From an uncultured Actinomycetota bacterium (GTDB lineage Bacteria; Actinomycetota; Actinomycetes; Actinomycetales; Demequinaceae), in assembly GCA_963823015.1 (NCBI GenBank), contig CAWGJW010000004.1, forward strand, positions 540,301-604,300: 64,000 nucleotides of DNA, written 5' to 3'. The position numbers and the translations under genes are program-made. This document shows positions 1 to 10,697 of this stretch, piece after piece. Each line of letters starts with the position of its first letter. Position 1 is the first letter of the stretch. The notes below the pieces were generated by a model, which was not told where the DNA came from, made no database searches, and saw nothing but the letters and a program-made list of their open reading frames with translations.

Positions 1-1221
1 GCCCACCTGCTGTCGACGTCGTCGTACGTCACGGAGGCCCTCCTCGCCTCCGCGGAGGACGTGACGTGGCTCGACCAGGAGGAGGAGTTGCGCCCCCGGG
101 CCCCCGAACGCCTCTTCACGGAGGCCGACGCGATCCTCACCCGTTCCCACGACGCGGAGCAGTGCGTCACGGCGCTCCGCGGACTGCGGCGACGGGAGCT
201 CGCCCGCACCGCGGCCGCGGACGTGCTCGGCCTGCTCGACACGGTGGCCGCCGCGACCACCATCACCACGGTCGCCGACGTCGTGCTCGAGGGAGCGTTG
301 CGCATCGCCCTGGGTAAGGCGAGCGACGAGGTGGGGCGCGCGCCGTTCGACATGGCGATCGTCGCGATGGGTCGCTACGGCGGGGCGGAGATGAGCTACC
401 CGTCCGACGCGGACGTGATGTTCGTGTACGAGCCGCGCGAGGGTTCGGACCACGCGGAGGCGGACCGCGTGGCGCAACACGTCGCGACGGAGGTGCGGCG
501 CCTGCTCCAGGGGCCGAACGCGCAGCCGCCGCTCGAGGTCGACGCGGACCTCCGGCCGGAGGGCAAGAACGGACCGCTCGCGCGGTCGCTCGCCTCGACC
601 GCCGAGTACTACGAGCGATGGTCGGACCCGTGGGAGGCGCAGGCGTTGCTCCGCGCCCGGCCCGCCGCGGGCGACGCGGGGGTCCGCGAGCGCTTCGTCG
701 CGGCGATCGACCCCATCCGGTACCCCTCGACGCTCGCGGGAGACGCCCTCAAGCAGATGCGCACGCTGAAGGCCCGGATGGAGTCCGAGCGCCTGCCGCG
801 CGGCGTCGAGCCGCGGCGCCACGTCAAGCTCGGCCCCGGCGGCCTCGCGGACGTCGAGTGGACGGTGCAGCTCCTCCAGCTTCGCCACGCCCACGAGTTC
901 CCCGACCTCCGCACCCCGCTGACCCTTCCCGCGATCGACGCGGCCGTCGCCGCCGGGGTGCTCGACCCGGACGACGCTCGGGTCCTCGGCGAGGCGTGGC
1001 GCATGGCGACGCGGGTGCGCGGCGCGATGGCCCTGCGCGGCTACGCCCGCCAGAAAACGAACGTGATGCCCTCCGACGCGCGGGAACTCCGCGTCCTCGC
1101 GGGGATCCTCGGGGACGGATGGACCGGCGCCGAGCTCGACGACCGCTACGCCAAGGCGGCGCGTCGCGCCCGTGCGGTGACGGAGCGAGTCTTCTACGGT
1201 TGGGACAAGGAGGGATCATGA
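1..1221 (+). CDS. glnE: glutamine synthetase adenylyltransferase/adenylyl-removing enzyme GlnE, C-terminal part (5' end outside the window)
   Basis: The reading frame is open from position 1. The translation has GlnE nucleotidyltransferase-region motifs (MAIVAMGRYGG..SYPSDADVMFVY, DADLRPEGKNGPLARSL). It lies beside glnA, as in other actinobacteria. Confidence 0.85.
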   Translation, partial: AHLLSTSSYVTEALLASAEDVTWLDQEEELRPRAPERLFTEADAILTRSHDAEQCVTALRGLRRRELARTAAADVLGLLDTVAAATTITTVADVVLEGALRIALGKASDEVGRAPFDMAIVAMGRYGGAEMSYPSDADVMFVYEPREGSDHAEADRVAQHVATEVRRLLQGPNAQPPLEVDADLRPEGKNGPLARSLASTAEYYERWSDPWEAQALLRARPAAGDAGVRERFVAAIDPIRYPSTLAGDALKQMRTLKARMESERLPRGVEPRRHVKLGPGGLADVEWTVQLLQLRHAHEFPDLRTPLTLPAIDAAVAAGVLDPDDARVLGEAWRMATRVRGAMALRGYARQKTNVMPSDARELRVLAGILGDGWTGAELDDRYAKAARRARAVTERVFYGWDKEGS

Positions 1222-2147
1222 CGATTCTCAGGCGGTTCTTGGCCGGCATTTGCTTCGTGCTCGGCGTCATCGCGCTCGCGTTGTGGGGCGTCAGCGCCCT
1301 CGTCGTGAAGGGTGTGGAGGACGGGACGTTCGTGACGAGCGTCGCGAAGAAGGTCCTGGACCAGCCCCAGGCCAAGTCGTACATCGCGGAACGGACCCAG
1401 GCGCTCGTGAACTCGACCCTCACCGCGAACGGCGTCGACGTCGCGAAGTACGGACTCCAGGGGCAGTTAGACGACCTCGTCGCGGCGACGGTGACCTCGA
1501 CGGTGTTCCAGGACGCGATCGCGCAGGCGGTGGACGCCGCCCGCGCGGGCATCGCGGACCAGCTGACGTCCGACGCGTCGGAGGGCCGGCCGCTCACGAT
1601 TTCGCTCGACGTCAGCGCCACGCTCAAACGGGCGATCGACGGGACGCCGGGGCTCGCGGGGCTCGTGCCGAACGTGACGTTCCAGCCGCTGACGTACGAC
1701 GTCGCGGATGCCAACACCTTCGGCAAGATCCGGAACGTCTACTCGTGGATCCACACGATCGCGTCGTGGGCGGGGTGGATCGGGCTCGCGCTCATCGCCG
1801 CGGGGATCGCGCTCACGCCGCGCAAACGGTGGCTGATCCCGCTCGGGCTGCTCTGGGCCGGCCTGAGCGCGGGGGCGGTCTGGGCGGTCCTTCAGTTCGT
1901 CACCGTCGACCGCCTCGTGGGGCGGCTGCCGGGCGGCGCGGACGGGGAGTTGGGGAGCGCGTTGACGCGGGTCGCGCGCCAGGAGACCCTCGACTCCTTC
2001 GCGTCGAAGGCTCTGCTGGTCGCGGTCGTGTGCCTCGTGGGCGCGGTGCTCGCGTACATCCTCGTCAAGGTGCTCACGGGCTCCTCGAGGGACGACGACC
2101 GCCGCCGCGGCCAGCACGACGACCGCGCTCCGGAACACGCCCGGTAG
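1218..2147 (+). CDS. hypothetical membrane protein
   Basis: The ATG overlaps the glnE stop (ATGA at 1218-1221). There is an N-terminal TM helix (FLAGICFVLGVIALALWGV) and C-terminal TM helices. I recognise no family. Confidence 0.6.
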   Translation: MTILRRFLAGICFVLGVIALALWGVSALVVKGVEDGTFVTSVAKKVLDQPQAKSYIAERTQALVNSTLTANGVDVAKYGLQGQLDDLVAATVTSTVFQDAIAQAVDAARAGIADQLTSDASEGRPLTISLDVSATLKRAIDGTPGLAGLVPNVTFQPLTYDVADANTFGKIRNVYSWIHTIASWAGWIGLALIAAGIALTPRKRWLIPLGLLWAGLSAGAVWAVLQFVTVDRLVGRLPGGADGELGSALTRVARQETLDSFASKALLVAVVCLVGAVLAYILVKVLTGSSRDDDRRRGQHDDRAPEHAR

Positions 2148-2165
2148 CGCGCTCCGGCGAAGCGG

Positions 2166-2231
2166 CCCCAACCCCAGCGCGAGCCCCAGCCCCAGCGCCG
2201 GCCCCAGCCCCAGCCCCAGCCCCAGCCCCAG
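2166..2231. repeat. hexanucleotide microsatellite (CCCCAG/GCCCCA)n
   Basis: About ten contiguous GCCCCA units, with a few variants, are read directly in the gap between convergent genes. Confidence 0.7.
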
Positions 2232-2349
2232 TGCGCTGGCGGTGGAATAGTGCCGAAATCTCGCTCGCGTCGGCACAAATCCACCGCGAGGGCGACGCGA
2301 ACGGTGGGTAAAGCGAACGGGGGCGGAAGCGGACGGTGGGGAAAGCGAA

Positions 2350-2378
2350 CGGCGGGGCCCCCGAAGGGACCCCGCCGC
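2350..2378 (-). terminator. putative intrinsic terminator of glnA
   Basis: GC-rich hairpin cggcggggcccc-cgaa-gggaccccgccg lies 17 nt downstream of the glnA stop. On the minus strand it is followed by TTCGCTTTCC. Confidence 0.4.
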
Positions 2379-2394
2379 CAGAACTCGCTTCGAT

Positions 2395-3825
2395 TTAGAT
2401 GTCGAAGTAGAGCTCGAACTCGTGCGGGTGGGGACGGAAGCGGATGGGGTCGATCTCCTTGGTCCGCTTGTAGTCGATCCACTCGTCGATGGCGTCCTCG
2501 GTGAACACGCCGCCCTCGGAAAGGTAGGCGTGGTCCTTCTCGAGGTTGTCGAGAACCTCGCCGAGCGATCCGGGAACCTGCGGGATCTTGGCGTGCTCCT
2601 CGGGCGGGAGCTCGTAGAGGTCCTTGTCCACGGGCGCCGGCGGCTCGATCTTGTTCTTGATGCCGTCGAGGCCCGCCATGAGCATCGCCGAGAAGGCGAG
2701 GTACGGGTTGGACGACGGGTCGGGGGCGCGGAACTCGAGGCGCTTGGCCTTGGGGTTCGAGCCCGTGATCGGGATGCGGATCGCGGCCGAGCGGTTACGA
2801 GCCGAGTACACCAGGTTGACCGGCGCCTCGTAGCCCGGAACCAGGCGGTGGAACGAGTTCACCGTCGGGTTCGTGAACGCGAGCAGCGACGGCGCGTGCT
2901 TCAGGAGACCGCCGATGTACCAGCGGGCGATGTCGCTGAGGCCGCCGTAGCCCTTCTCGTCGAAGAACAGCGGCTTGCCGTCCTTCCACACGGACTGGTG
3001 GCAGTGCATGCCCGAGCCGTTGTCCATGAACAGCGGCTTCGGCATGAACGTGACGACCTTGCCGTTCTTCCACGCGACGTTCTTGATGACGTACTTGAAC
3101 TTCATCATGTCGTCCGCGGCGTGGAGCAGGGAGTTGAACTGGTAGTTGATCTCCTGCTGACCGGCGGTGCCCACCTCGTGGTGCGCGCGCTCGACGTTGA
3201 TGCCGACCTCGCCGAGCGTGGAGACCATCTCGTCGCGGAGGTCCGCCATCTGGTCGCCGGGGGAGACGGGGAAGTAGCCGCCCTTGTGGCGCGTCTTGTA
3301 GCCGCGGTTCGGGCCGTCCTCGCCGTACTCCTCGCCACGGTTCCACCAGCCCTCGACGGAGTCGATGTGGTAGTAACCCTCGTGCGACTCGGTGGCGTAG
3401 CGGATCGAGTCGAAGATGAAGAACTCGGCCTCGGCGCCGAAGAAGGCAGTGTCGCCGATGCCGGTGGCCTTGAGGTACTCCTGGGCCTTCGCGGCGATGT
3501 TGCGCGGGTCGCGCGAGTACGGCTCGCTCGTCAGCGGGTCGACGATGGAGAAGTTGACGACGAGCGTCTTCTGGGTGCGGAACGGGTCGACAAATGCGGT
3601 GGCGATGTCGGGGATCAGCTTCATGTCCGACTCGTTGATCGCCTGGAAGCCGCGGATCGAAGATCCGTCGAACATCAGGCCCTCGGCGAACGTGTCCTCG
3701 CTGAACTGAGCGGCGGGGATGTTGAAGTGCTGCATGATGCCCGGGAGGTCACAGAAGCGGACGTCGATGAACTTGACGTCCTCCTTCTTGACGAAAGCGA
3801 TCGCCTCGGCGGCGTCCTTGAACAT
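2395..3825 (-). CDS. glnA: glutamine synthetase type I
   Basis: A 476-aa ORF that looks like a full-length GSI ([29 protein letters not shown]). Confidence 0.95.
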   Translation of the reverse strand: MFKDAAEAIAFVKKEDVKFIDVRFCDLPGIMQHFNIPAAQFSEDTFAEGLMFDGSSIRGFQAINESDMKLIPDIATAFVDPFRTQKTLVVNFSIVDPLTSEPYSRDPRNIAAKAQEYLKATGIGDTAFFGAEAEFFIFDSIRYATESHEGYYHIDSVEGWWNRGEEYGEDGPNRGYKTRHKGGYFPVSPGDQMADLRDEMVSTLGEVGINVERAHHEVGTAGQQEINYQFNSLLHAADDMMKFKYVIKNVAWKNGKVVTFMPKPLFMDNGSGMHCHQSVWKDGKPLFFDEKGYGGLSDIARWYIGGLLKHAPSLLAFTNPTVNSFHRLVPGYEAPVNLVYSARNRSAAIRIPITGSNPKAKRLEFRAPDPSSNPYLAFSAMLMAGLDGIKNKIEPPAPVDKDLYELPPEEHAKIPQVPGSLGEVLDNLEKDHAYLSEGGVFTEDAIDEWIDYKRTKEIDPIRFRPHPHEFELYFDI

Positions 3826-3944
3826 TCTGGGCTCCTAAAGGTTGCTGTTGCCAGGTCTCGGCGCTATCTACCTTAGGGGCAGGCCGTTTCCCGTGCGTAT
3901 AAGAAATGTTACGAGCGTGTTAACTGCGTCGTGCGACGTCAAGC

Positions 3945-4640
3945 CTAGCGACCGCGCAGGGCCTTGCGGTTCGGGCGGACGCGCATGGGGTCGATGCCCT
4001 TCGGGATGGGCGGGCGCGCGCCCCCGAGGGCGTGCAGGCGGGCCTCGACGGCCTCCCGCTCGCGCTTGGTGAGCACCTTCTTGAGCTTCTTGATGGCGCG
4101 CGGGACCTGACGGATCGGCGTCTGACCGTTGCCGCGTCCAACGAAGTACTCGTGGACGACGACGTTCGGGACGATCCGCTGGACGCGGCGCCGCGCGGAC
4201 ACCATGAGCTTGCGCGTGATCGCGTCGCCCTCGCCGACGAGGGCGATCCCGCCCCGTCCGACGCCCTGGAACACCACCGCACGGCCCTTCGCGTCGATCT
4301 CCACCGGCTCGTCCTCGAACTTCCATCCGCGTCGGATCGTCTGGACCGCGGCGAGCGAGCCGCCAAAGACGTTCTCGAACCTGTTGAAGGCCGCCTTGTC
4401 GGCGCGCACGGTCAGAAGGATCATCGCGGCGAGCGCCGCGAGCATGAGCGCGGTCACGTTCGCGTAGATGTGGCCGGCGACGCCGCCCAGCATGAACCCG
4501 ATCGTGACGCCCGCGCCGAGGATCGCGATGACGAGAACGAGGAAGACCGGGAAGAAGAACTTGTCGTTGGCCTTGATGAACAGGAAGGCGTCCCAGATGG
4601 TCTTGTACCAGCGGGGCTTCTTGGGGGCGTCGGTTGCCAT
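3945..4640 (-). CDS. DUF4191-like membrane protein
   Basis: 231 aa with two N-terminal TM helices. It is the conserved actinobacterial neighbour between glnA and lipA. Confidence 0.7.
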   Translation of the reverse strand: MATDAPKKPRWYKTIWDAFLFIKANDKFFFPVFLVLVIAILGAGVTIGFMLGGVAGHIYANVTALMLAALAAMILLTVRADKAAFNRFENVFGGSLAAVQTIRRGWKFEDEPVEIDAKGRAVVFQGVGRGGIALVGEGDAITRKLMVSARRRVQRIVPNVVVHEYFVGRGNGQTPIRQVPRAIKKLKKVLTKREREAVEARLHALGGARPPIPKGIDPMRVRPNRKALRGR

Positions 4641-4668
4641 GATGCGCCAGTCTAGCGAGGAGGGGCGG

Positions 4669-5673
4669 TTAGGCGCGCCCGACGAGGGACGACGCCTCCT
4701 GGCGCGCGGCCATCGGCTCGCCGAGGTGGCGCAGGGCCTCGGGGATCTCGCGGCCCTTCGCCGTCATCGCCCGGCCCCAGAGGCGCCCGGCGCGGTAGCT
4801 CGATCGCACGAGAGGCCCCGACATGACTCCGAGGAAGCCGATCTCGGTCGCGGCGTCCGAAAGCTCGACGAACTCCTCGGGGCGCACCCAGCGGTCGACG
4901 GGGTGGTGGCGGGGGCTCGGGCGCAGATACTGCGTGATCGTCAGGAGGTCGCAGCCCGCGGCGTGGAGGTCGCGGAGCGCCTGGTGCGCCTCCTCCATCG
5001 TCTCGCCCATGCCGAGGATGAGGTTCGACTTGGTGACAAGGCCGTCGGCCCGGGCGGTCGTCAGCACGCCGAGGGAGCGGTCGTAGCGGAAGGCGGGGCG
5101 GATGGTCTTGAAGATCCGGGGGACGGTCTCGAGGTTGTGGGCGAGGACCTCCGGGCGCGAGGAGAAGACCTCGGCGAGCTGGTCGGGCTTGCCGTTGAAG
5201 TCGGGGATGAGCACCTCGACGCCGGTCGACGGGTTGAGGTCGTGGATCTGGCGCACGGTCTCGGCGTAGAGCCAGGCCCCGCCGTCGTCCAGGTCGTCGC
5301 GGGCCACGCCGGTCACCGTCGAATACTTGAGCCCCATGTCGCGGACCGACTCCGCGACGCGGCGGGGCTCGTCGACGTCGTACGCCGCGGGTTTGCCCGT
5401 GTCGATCTGGCAGAAGTCGCACCGACGGGTGCACTGGTCGCCGCCGATGAGGAACGTCGCCTCGCGGTCCTCCCAGCATTCGAAGATGTTGGGGCAGCCG
5501 GCCTCCTCGCACACCGTGTGGAGCGAACCGCCCTTGACGCGCTGCTTGAGCTCGCGGTACTCGGGGCCCATGGTCGCGGTCGTGCGGATCCACGAGGGCT
5601 TGCGTTCGATCGGCGTCTCGGCGTTCCTCGCCTCGACGCGCAGCATGCGGCGGCCTTCGGGTGCGATGGTCAC
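4669..5673 (-). CDS. lipA: lipoyl synthase
   Basis: Radical-SAM CxxxCxxC (CTRRCDFC) plus the N-terminal CEEAGCPN cluster. The GTG start overlaps the lipB stop (GTGA). The large 4669..8514 ORF is only real over this part. Confidence 0.93.
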   Translation of the reverse strand: MTIAPEGRRMLRVEARNAETPIERKPSWIRTTATMGPEYRELKQRVKGGSLHTVCEEAGCPNIFECWEDREATFLIGGDQCTRRCDFCQIDTGKPAAYDVDEPRRVAESVRDMGLKYSTVTGVARDDLDDGGAWLYAETVRQIHDLNPSTGVEVLIPDFNGKPDQLAEVFSSRPEVLAHNLETVPRIFKTIRPAFRYDRSLGVLTTARADGLVTKSNLILGMGETMEEAHQALRDLHAAGCDLLTITQYLRPSPRHHPVDRWVRPEEFVELSDAATEIGFLGVMSGPLVRSSYRAGRLWGRAMTAKGREIPEALRHLGEPMAARQEASSLVGRA

Positions 5674-6339
5674 GCGGGCTCCTTGACGGTCGGGGACTTC
5701 CAGCGTACGTCGGCGAGCGCGTCCTCCAGGCACCTCACCGCGTCGTCCTTGACCTCGCCGATCGTCACCTCCCGGCCGAGCTCGGCCGTCAGCGACGTCG
5801 CGTCGGCGTCGTCGAGCCCGCACGGGATGATGCGGTCGAACTCGGAGAGGTCCGGATTGCAGTTGAGGGCGAAGCCGTGCATCGTCGACGCCGTACGAGA
5901 CGCGGACGCCGATCGCGCAGACCTTGCGCGCGCGCCGCGTCGCCGTCGGGGGGAACCACACGCCGGTGCGCCCATCGACGCGCGTGGTCGCGAGGCCCAT
6001 GCCGCCGCAGAGGTCGAGGAAGGCCTGCTCGAGGGCGCGGACGTAGGCGATGACGTCGATCGGCTCGGCGAGTCGGACGATGGGGTAGCCGACGAGCTGG
6101 CCGGGTCCGTGCCACGTGATCCGGCCGCCGCGGTCGACGTCGACGACCGGCGTGCCGTCCGTGGGGCGTTCGCGGGACGCCGTGCGCTTGCCCGCGGTGT
6201 AGACGCCCGGGTGCTCGACGAGGATGAGAGTGTCGGGCCGGGTGCCCGCCCGCACCTCGGCGTGTACGGCGCGCTGGATGTCCCACGTCTCGTGAAAGTC
6301 CACGAGCCGCTCGCCGGCGCCCAGATCCAGAATGTCCAC
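5670..6339 (-). pseudogene. lipB: octanoyltransferase LipB, interrupted by one frameshift near 5886
   Basis: The N-terminal 150 aa (..[40 protein letters not shown]) are in one frame. The C-terminal part ([23 protein letters not shown]..) is in another. Removing one g from gtcGacgatgcac restores [15 protein letters not shown]. Confidence 0.8.
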
Positions 6340-6399
6340 GTCATCAAGGCTAACGTCGTCCGTTCCGCGGTTTGTTCCGCGGTACGGAATGATAGGGGC

Positions 6400-8565
6400 A
6401 TGCTCTCCTCGCGCTGGTTCCGCCCCGTCCTCCTCGCCGTCGTCGTCGCGGCCTGGCTCGGCCTCTCTGGCGTCGGCGGAGCCTTCTTCGGCAAGCTCTC
6501 GAACGAGCAGTCCTACGACTCCGCGAGCTTCCTTCCCAAGAGCGCCGAATCGACGCTCGAGGCGGCGCAGCGCGCGACCTTCACGACCGTCAACGACCTC
6601 CCGGCGATCGTCCTCCTCAACGACGTCACGTCGCCGGCCCAGGTCGCCCAGCTCCGCCAGGTCCTCGCCGACGCGTACACGCGCCCGCTCGCCAGCGGGA
6701 AGACCGTGGGCGAGGTCGTCGACGGCGACCCGATCGTTCTGCCGTCGACCGACGGGACGGCCGTGGTCGCGATCGTCAACCTGCCGTTCGACCAGGCGTT
6801 CGTGCAGGACGGCGACTCGTTCCTCGGCATCGAGATCGTCGACGCGATTCGCGCGGCCTGGGCCGACTCGGGGAACACGGGCGACTTCTACGTCACCGGA
6901 CCCCTCGGGGTCTTCGCCGACAGCTTCGCCGTGTTCGGGGGGATCGACGGCATCCTCCTCGTCGTGGCGATGATCGTCGTCCTCGTCATCCTGCTCATCG
7001 TGTACCGCAGCCCGGTGCTCCCGTTCTTCGTCCTCGCGACGGCCGGGACCGCGCTGTCCGTCGCGGGGTTCGCGGTCTACGCGCTCTCGCGCGCCGGCGC
7101 GCTCACGTTCAACGGGCAGAGCCAGGGCATCATGTCGATCCTCGTCGTCGGCGCGACCACGGACTACTCGCTGCTGCTCGTCTCGCGTTATCGGGAGGAA
7201 CTCCGTCGCACCGAGAGCCCGTACGCCGCGATGAAGCGGGCGTGGAGGCGCTCCCTGGCCCCCATCGCGGCTTCGGCCGTCACCGTCATCCTGTGCCTCC
7301 TGACGCTGCTCGTCTCCGACCTCGCGTCGACCCAGTCGCTCGGCCCGGTCTCGGCGATCGGCATCGCGTTCGCGCTCGTCTCCGCCCTGACGTTCCTTCC
7401 CGCGCTGCTGCTCATCGGCGGCGCGCGGGCCCGCTGGGTCTTCTGGCCCGGGCGTCCGCGGTTCCACCCCGAAGACGTCGACCACGTCGACACGCTCGCG
7501 GCCGTGGAGAGGCACGCCGGGATCTGGGGGCGCGTGTCGAAGGGCGTCGCGACCCATCCGCGCCGCACGTGGGTCGCCGCAGCGATCGGCCTCGCGATCG
7601 CCGCCGCGTTCCTGCCGACGTTCAAGGCGGGCGGCGTGGGCGACGACCAGCAGTTCCTCAAGAAGTCCGAGGCGCTCACGGGACTCGAGATCTACGCGCA
7701 GCACTTCCCGGCAGGGCAGACGAGCCCCATCGAGATCACGGCCGACGCCGGCGCCGCGAGCGCCGTCGTCGACGCGGTCTCGGGCATCCCGGGAATCACG
7801 TCCGTCGCCCCGCTCACGCCGTCGCTCCTCGCGGGCGGGATGCCGAGCCCGGGCGAGGCGCCGGCGGTGGTCGACGGCCGCGTGGCGATCAACGCGATCA
7901 GCCAGGTGAACTCGAGCAGCCACGAGGCGACGCAGCTCGTCACGGTCGTGCGGGATGCCGTTCACGCGGCCGACCCGACGGCGCTCGTCGGGGGATCGGC
8001 CGCCGCGAACCTCGACATCAGCAAGACGACCGACCGGGACATCTCCGTCGTCGTTCCGCTCGTGCTGCTCGTGATCTTCGTGGTGCTCTCGCTCCTGCTC
8101 CGCGCGCTCGTCGCCCCCGTGATCATCGTCGTGGCGAACGTCCTGTCCTTCGCGGCCACCATCGGGATCTCCGCGATCGTCTTCAACCACGTCCTCCACC
8201 ACCCCGGATCGGACACGGCCGTGCCGCTGTTCGGCTTCGTCTTTCTCGTGGCGCTCGGCGTGGACTACTCGATCTTCCTCATGTCGAGGGCGCGCGAGGA
8301 GTCTCTGGCGCGCGGAACGCGGGAGGGGATCCGACGCTCGCTCGCCGTCACCGGCGGCGTCATCACGTCGGCCGGGGTCGTGCTCGCGGCGACGTTCGGT
8401 TCGCTCGCGGTCCTGCCGGTCTTGTTCCTCGTCCAGATCGCGTTCATCGTCGCGTTCGGGGTGCTGCTCGACACCCTCGTCGTGCGGACGCTCCTCATTC
8501 CCGGCGTGATCCACGACATCGGCAACCGCGCCTGGTGGCCGTGGACGGGCAAGATCCGCTCCTAG
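6400..8565 (+). CDS. MMPL family transporter
   Basis: About 721 aa with two blocks of multiple TM helices separated by soluble loops, typical of MMPL/RND proteins. Confidence 0.85.
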   Translation: MLSSRWFRPVLLAVVVAAWLGLSGVGGAFFGKLSNEQSYDSASFLPKSAESTLEAAQRATFTTVNDLPAIVLLNDVTSPAQVAQLRQVLADAYTRPLASGKTVGEVVDGDPIVLPSTDGTAVVAIVNLPFDQAFVQDGDSFLGIEIVDAIRAAWADSGNTGDFYVTGPLGVFADSFAVFGGIDGILLVVAMIVVLVILLIVYRSPVLPFFVLATAGTALSVAGFAVYALSRAGALTFNGQSQGIMSILVVGATTDYSLLLVSRYREELRRTESPYAAMKRAWRRSLAPIAASAVTVILCLLTLLVSDLASTQSLGPVSAIGIAFALVSALTFLPALLLIGGARARWVFWPGRPRFHPEDVDHVDTLAAVERHAGIWGRVSKGVATHPRRTWVAAAIGLAIAAAFLPTFKAGGVGDDQQFLKKSEALTGLEIYAQHFPAGQTSPIEITADAGAASAVVDAVSGIPGITSVAPLTPSLLAGGMPSPGEAPAVVDGRVAINAISQVNSSSHEATQLVTVVRDAVHAADPTALVGGSAAANLDISKTTDRDISVVVPLVLLVIFVVLSLLLRALVAPVIIVVANVLSFAATIGISAIVFNHVLHHPGSDTAVPLFGFVFLVALGVDYSIFLMSRAREESLARGTREGIRRSLAVTGGVITSAGVVLAATFGSLAVLPVLFLVQIAFIVAFGVLLDTLVVRTLLIPGVIHDIGNRAWWPWTGKIRS

Positions 8566-8612
8566 CCTGTGGATAGCCGCCCCCGTCGCCCGGGGGCTGG
8601 TTACCTGGGCGC

Positions 8613-9824
8613 ATGACCGCCGCCCGCACCGTCGCCCGCGTCGTAGGAGAGGGCGCGGTCGGGCTCGCGGCGGCCCGTCACCGACTGGACGCGCTGCGCG
8701 CGGCGAAGCACGAGGCGATCGCCCTCCCGGCGGCGCTCGAGCTCACCCCGGGCGGCGAGGTCGTGGCGCACACGCCGCGCGCGCCGGGCGTCGACCTCGT
8801 CACGCTGCTGAGGATGCGGGACGGGCTCGCGGCGGGGGAGTGCGTGACCGTCGGCGTCGCCGTCGCCGGAGGCCTGGCGGCGCTGCACGCGCACGGCCTC
8901 GCGCACGGGGACGTCTCTCCCGCGAACGTCGTCGTCTCGGGCCGACGGGCGGTGCTCGTGGACGTGATGGCGGGCGCGGGCGCGGGCGAGCGCGGCACCC
9001 CGGGCTTCGCGGCGCCCGAGCGGGCGGTCTCGGCCACCGCCGCGGGCGACGTCTTCGCGTTGGGGCGGGTCATCGAGCACATCGCCGCCCCCGAGGCGCG
9101 CGACCGCGTGGGGGCGTGGGTCGAGCCCATGACGCGGCCCGATCCCCGCCAGCGGCCGACCGCCGCGGAATGCGCCCGCGCCCTGGCGGCGTGCGCGCCC
9201 GCCCTCGCCGTTCGCGTACCCGAGCTCGGCGTCGCGTCGGCGCTGCGCGCCTCGGCCCGCGCCGACCTGCCCGCCACCGTCCGGGAGCCGTCCGCGGCGT
9301 CCTGGCGCGCCCGTCGGGTGGCCGCCACGTGGGCGCGGCGCGTCGGCATCGGCGGGGGAACGGTGGTCGTCGCCCTCGGCATCGCGGCGTGGATCGTCGC
9401 GCCGCGTCTCGCGCCGACGGGGGAGCCCGAGCAGGAGCCCGTCGTCGCCTTCGCGCCGGCCTCGTCCGCCGCCTCCAGCCTCGTCGAGACACGCGTCGCG
9501 GCGATGGGAGCGGGGGACGGCGCGGCCCTCCTGGCTACGAGCGGCCCGACCTCGCAGGCGCGCGACGCCGACCGCCCGCTCGCGACGGCCCTAGACGCGG
9601 GCGAGGCGGGCTTCGACGGGCTCACCGCGACGATCGTCGGCGTGGAGCTGGTGCGCGACGACGGGACGTCGGCGACGGCGCGCGTGACGTACGCGCTGTC
9701 CGCTCACGCGGAGAGGGGGCCGGAAGGCGAGATCGAGGTCGCGGGAGAGGTGAGGACGGACGAGATCGACCTGGTCTGGGGGCCTACGGGGTGGACGATC
9801 GAGGCGATCCGCCCGGCGACATGA
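8613..9824 (+). CDS. membrane-anchored protein-kinase-like protein (probable pseudokinase)
   Basis: Kinase C-lobe signatures are present ([24 protein letters not shown]). I see no glycine loop, VAIK lysine or DFG. One TM helix ([18 protein letters not shown]) is followed by a C-terminal extracytoplasmic domain. Confidence 0.6.
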   Translation: MTAARTVARVVGEGAVGLAAARHRLDALRAAKHEAIALPAALELTPGGEVVAHTPRAPGVDLVTLLRMRDGLAAGECVTVGVAVAGGLAALHAHGLAHGDVSPANVVVSGRRAVLVDVMAGAGAGERGTPGFAAPERAVSATAAGDVFALGRVIEHIAAPEARDRVGAWVEPMTRPDPRQRPTAAECARALAACAPALAVRVPELGVASALRASARADLPATVREPSAASWRARRVAATWARRVGIGGGTVVVALGIAAWIVAPRLAPTGEPEQEPVVAFAPASSAASSLVETRVAAMGAGDGAALLATSGPTSQARDADRPLATALDAGEAGFDGLTATIVGVELVRDDGTSATARVTYALSAHAERGPEGEIEVAGEVRTDEIDLVWGPTGWTIEAIRPAT

Positions 9825-10695
9825 CCCATCGCGCCGCGGCGTCGATGTCCGCGTGCTCCCAGGCGAACCCGAGCGACGTGAGCACGTCCGGCGAACCGTT
9901 CTGCGATCCGAGGAGGTCCACGGCTGCGGGGCCTACCGCGAGGCGGAGGGCCACTCCCGGGACGGGGAAGAGGCGGGGGCGATGCGCGGCGCGCGCGAGC
10001 GCCGCGACGAACTCCGCGTTGCGGGCAGGGTTCGGCGCGATGAGGTTCACGGGGCCCTCGTGGTCGGCGTGCGCGAGGAACGCCGCCGCCCGGACCACGT
10101 CGACGAGGCTGATCCAGGACATCCATTGACGCCCCGAGCCGAGGCGTCGCAGGAGGCCCAGCCGCACGAGCGGCAGGAGGCGTTGCGCGAGGCCTCCCGT
10201 CGGGGCGATGACGAGGCCGGTACGCAGCCACTGGACGCGTACGCCCGCGAGCACGGCGGGGTTGGCCGCCTTCTCCCACGCGAGCGTGATCTCCGCGAGG
10301 GCGCCCGAGCCGGGCTGTGAACGCTCGTGCAGGACCGTGTCGCCTCGCGCGCCGAAGTAGCCCATCGCCGAGGCCTGGAGGAGGCGACCCGATCCGCGCT
10401 CGGCCATGGTGCGCGCGAGGAGCTCGGTGGTCGCCAGCCGGGACTCGAGGACGACCTTCGCGTACGACTTGGTGAGGCGGCGCGCCCCGATCGACGCGCC
10501 CGCGAGGTTCACGACGAGGTCCGCGCCGGCGACCAGGTCACGGTCGACGACGCCCTGGGCGGGGTCCCACGTCGATTCCTCGGGTCCGTTCGCCGGGCGT
10601 CGCACGAGCCGGACGACGTCGTAGCCATCGACCTGGAGCGCGGGCACGAGCGCGGTGCCGATCAGGCCGCTCGCGCCCGCGACGACGGCACGCAT
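9784..10695 (-). CDS. TIGR01777-type NAD-binding epimerase-family protein (with a DUF1731-like C-terminus)
   Basis: Rossmann motif VVAGASGLIGTAL at the N-terminus. I chose the start at MRAVVAG. The 3' end overlaps the convergent kinase-like gene by 41 nt. Confidence 0.75.
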   Translation of the reverse strand: MRAVVAGASGLIGTALVPALQVDGYDVVRLVRRPANGPEESTWDPAQGVVDRDLVAGADLVVNLAGASIGARRLTKSYAKVVLESRLATTELLARTMAERGSGRLLQASAMGYFGARGDTVLHERSQPGSGALAEITLAWEKAANPAVLAGVRVQWLRTGLVIAPTGGLAQRLLPLVRLGLLRRLGSGRQWMSWISLVDVVRAAAFLAHADHEGPVNLIAPNPARNAEFVAALARAAHRPRLFPVPGVALRLAVGPAAVDLLGSQNGSPDVLTSLGFAWEHADIDAAARWVMSPGGSPRSSTP

Positions 10696-10697
10696 GC

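Noticed and set aside
4468-8565. A 1365-aa plus-strand ORF and the antisense 1281-aa ORF (4669..8514) spanning lipA, lipB and the MMPL gene.
   Set aside because: Long stop-free frames are expected by chance at this GC content. Only 6400-8565 (+) looks like a real protein (MMPL). On the minus strand, only the lipA and lipB parts do. The remainder is Arg/Pro/Gly-rich nonsense typical of off-frame high-GC translation.
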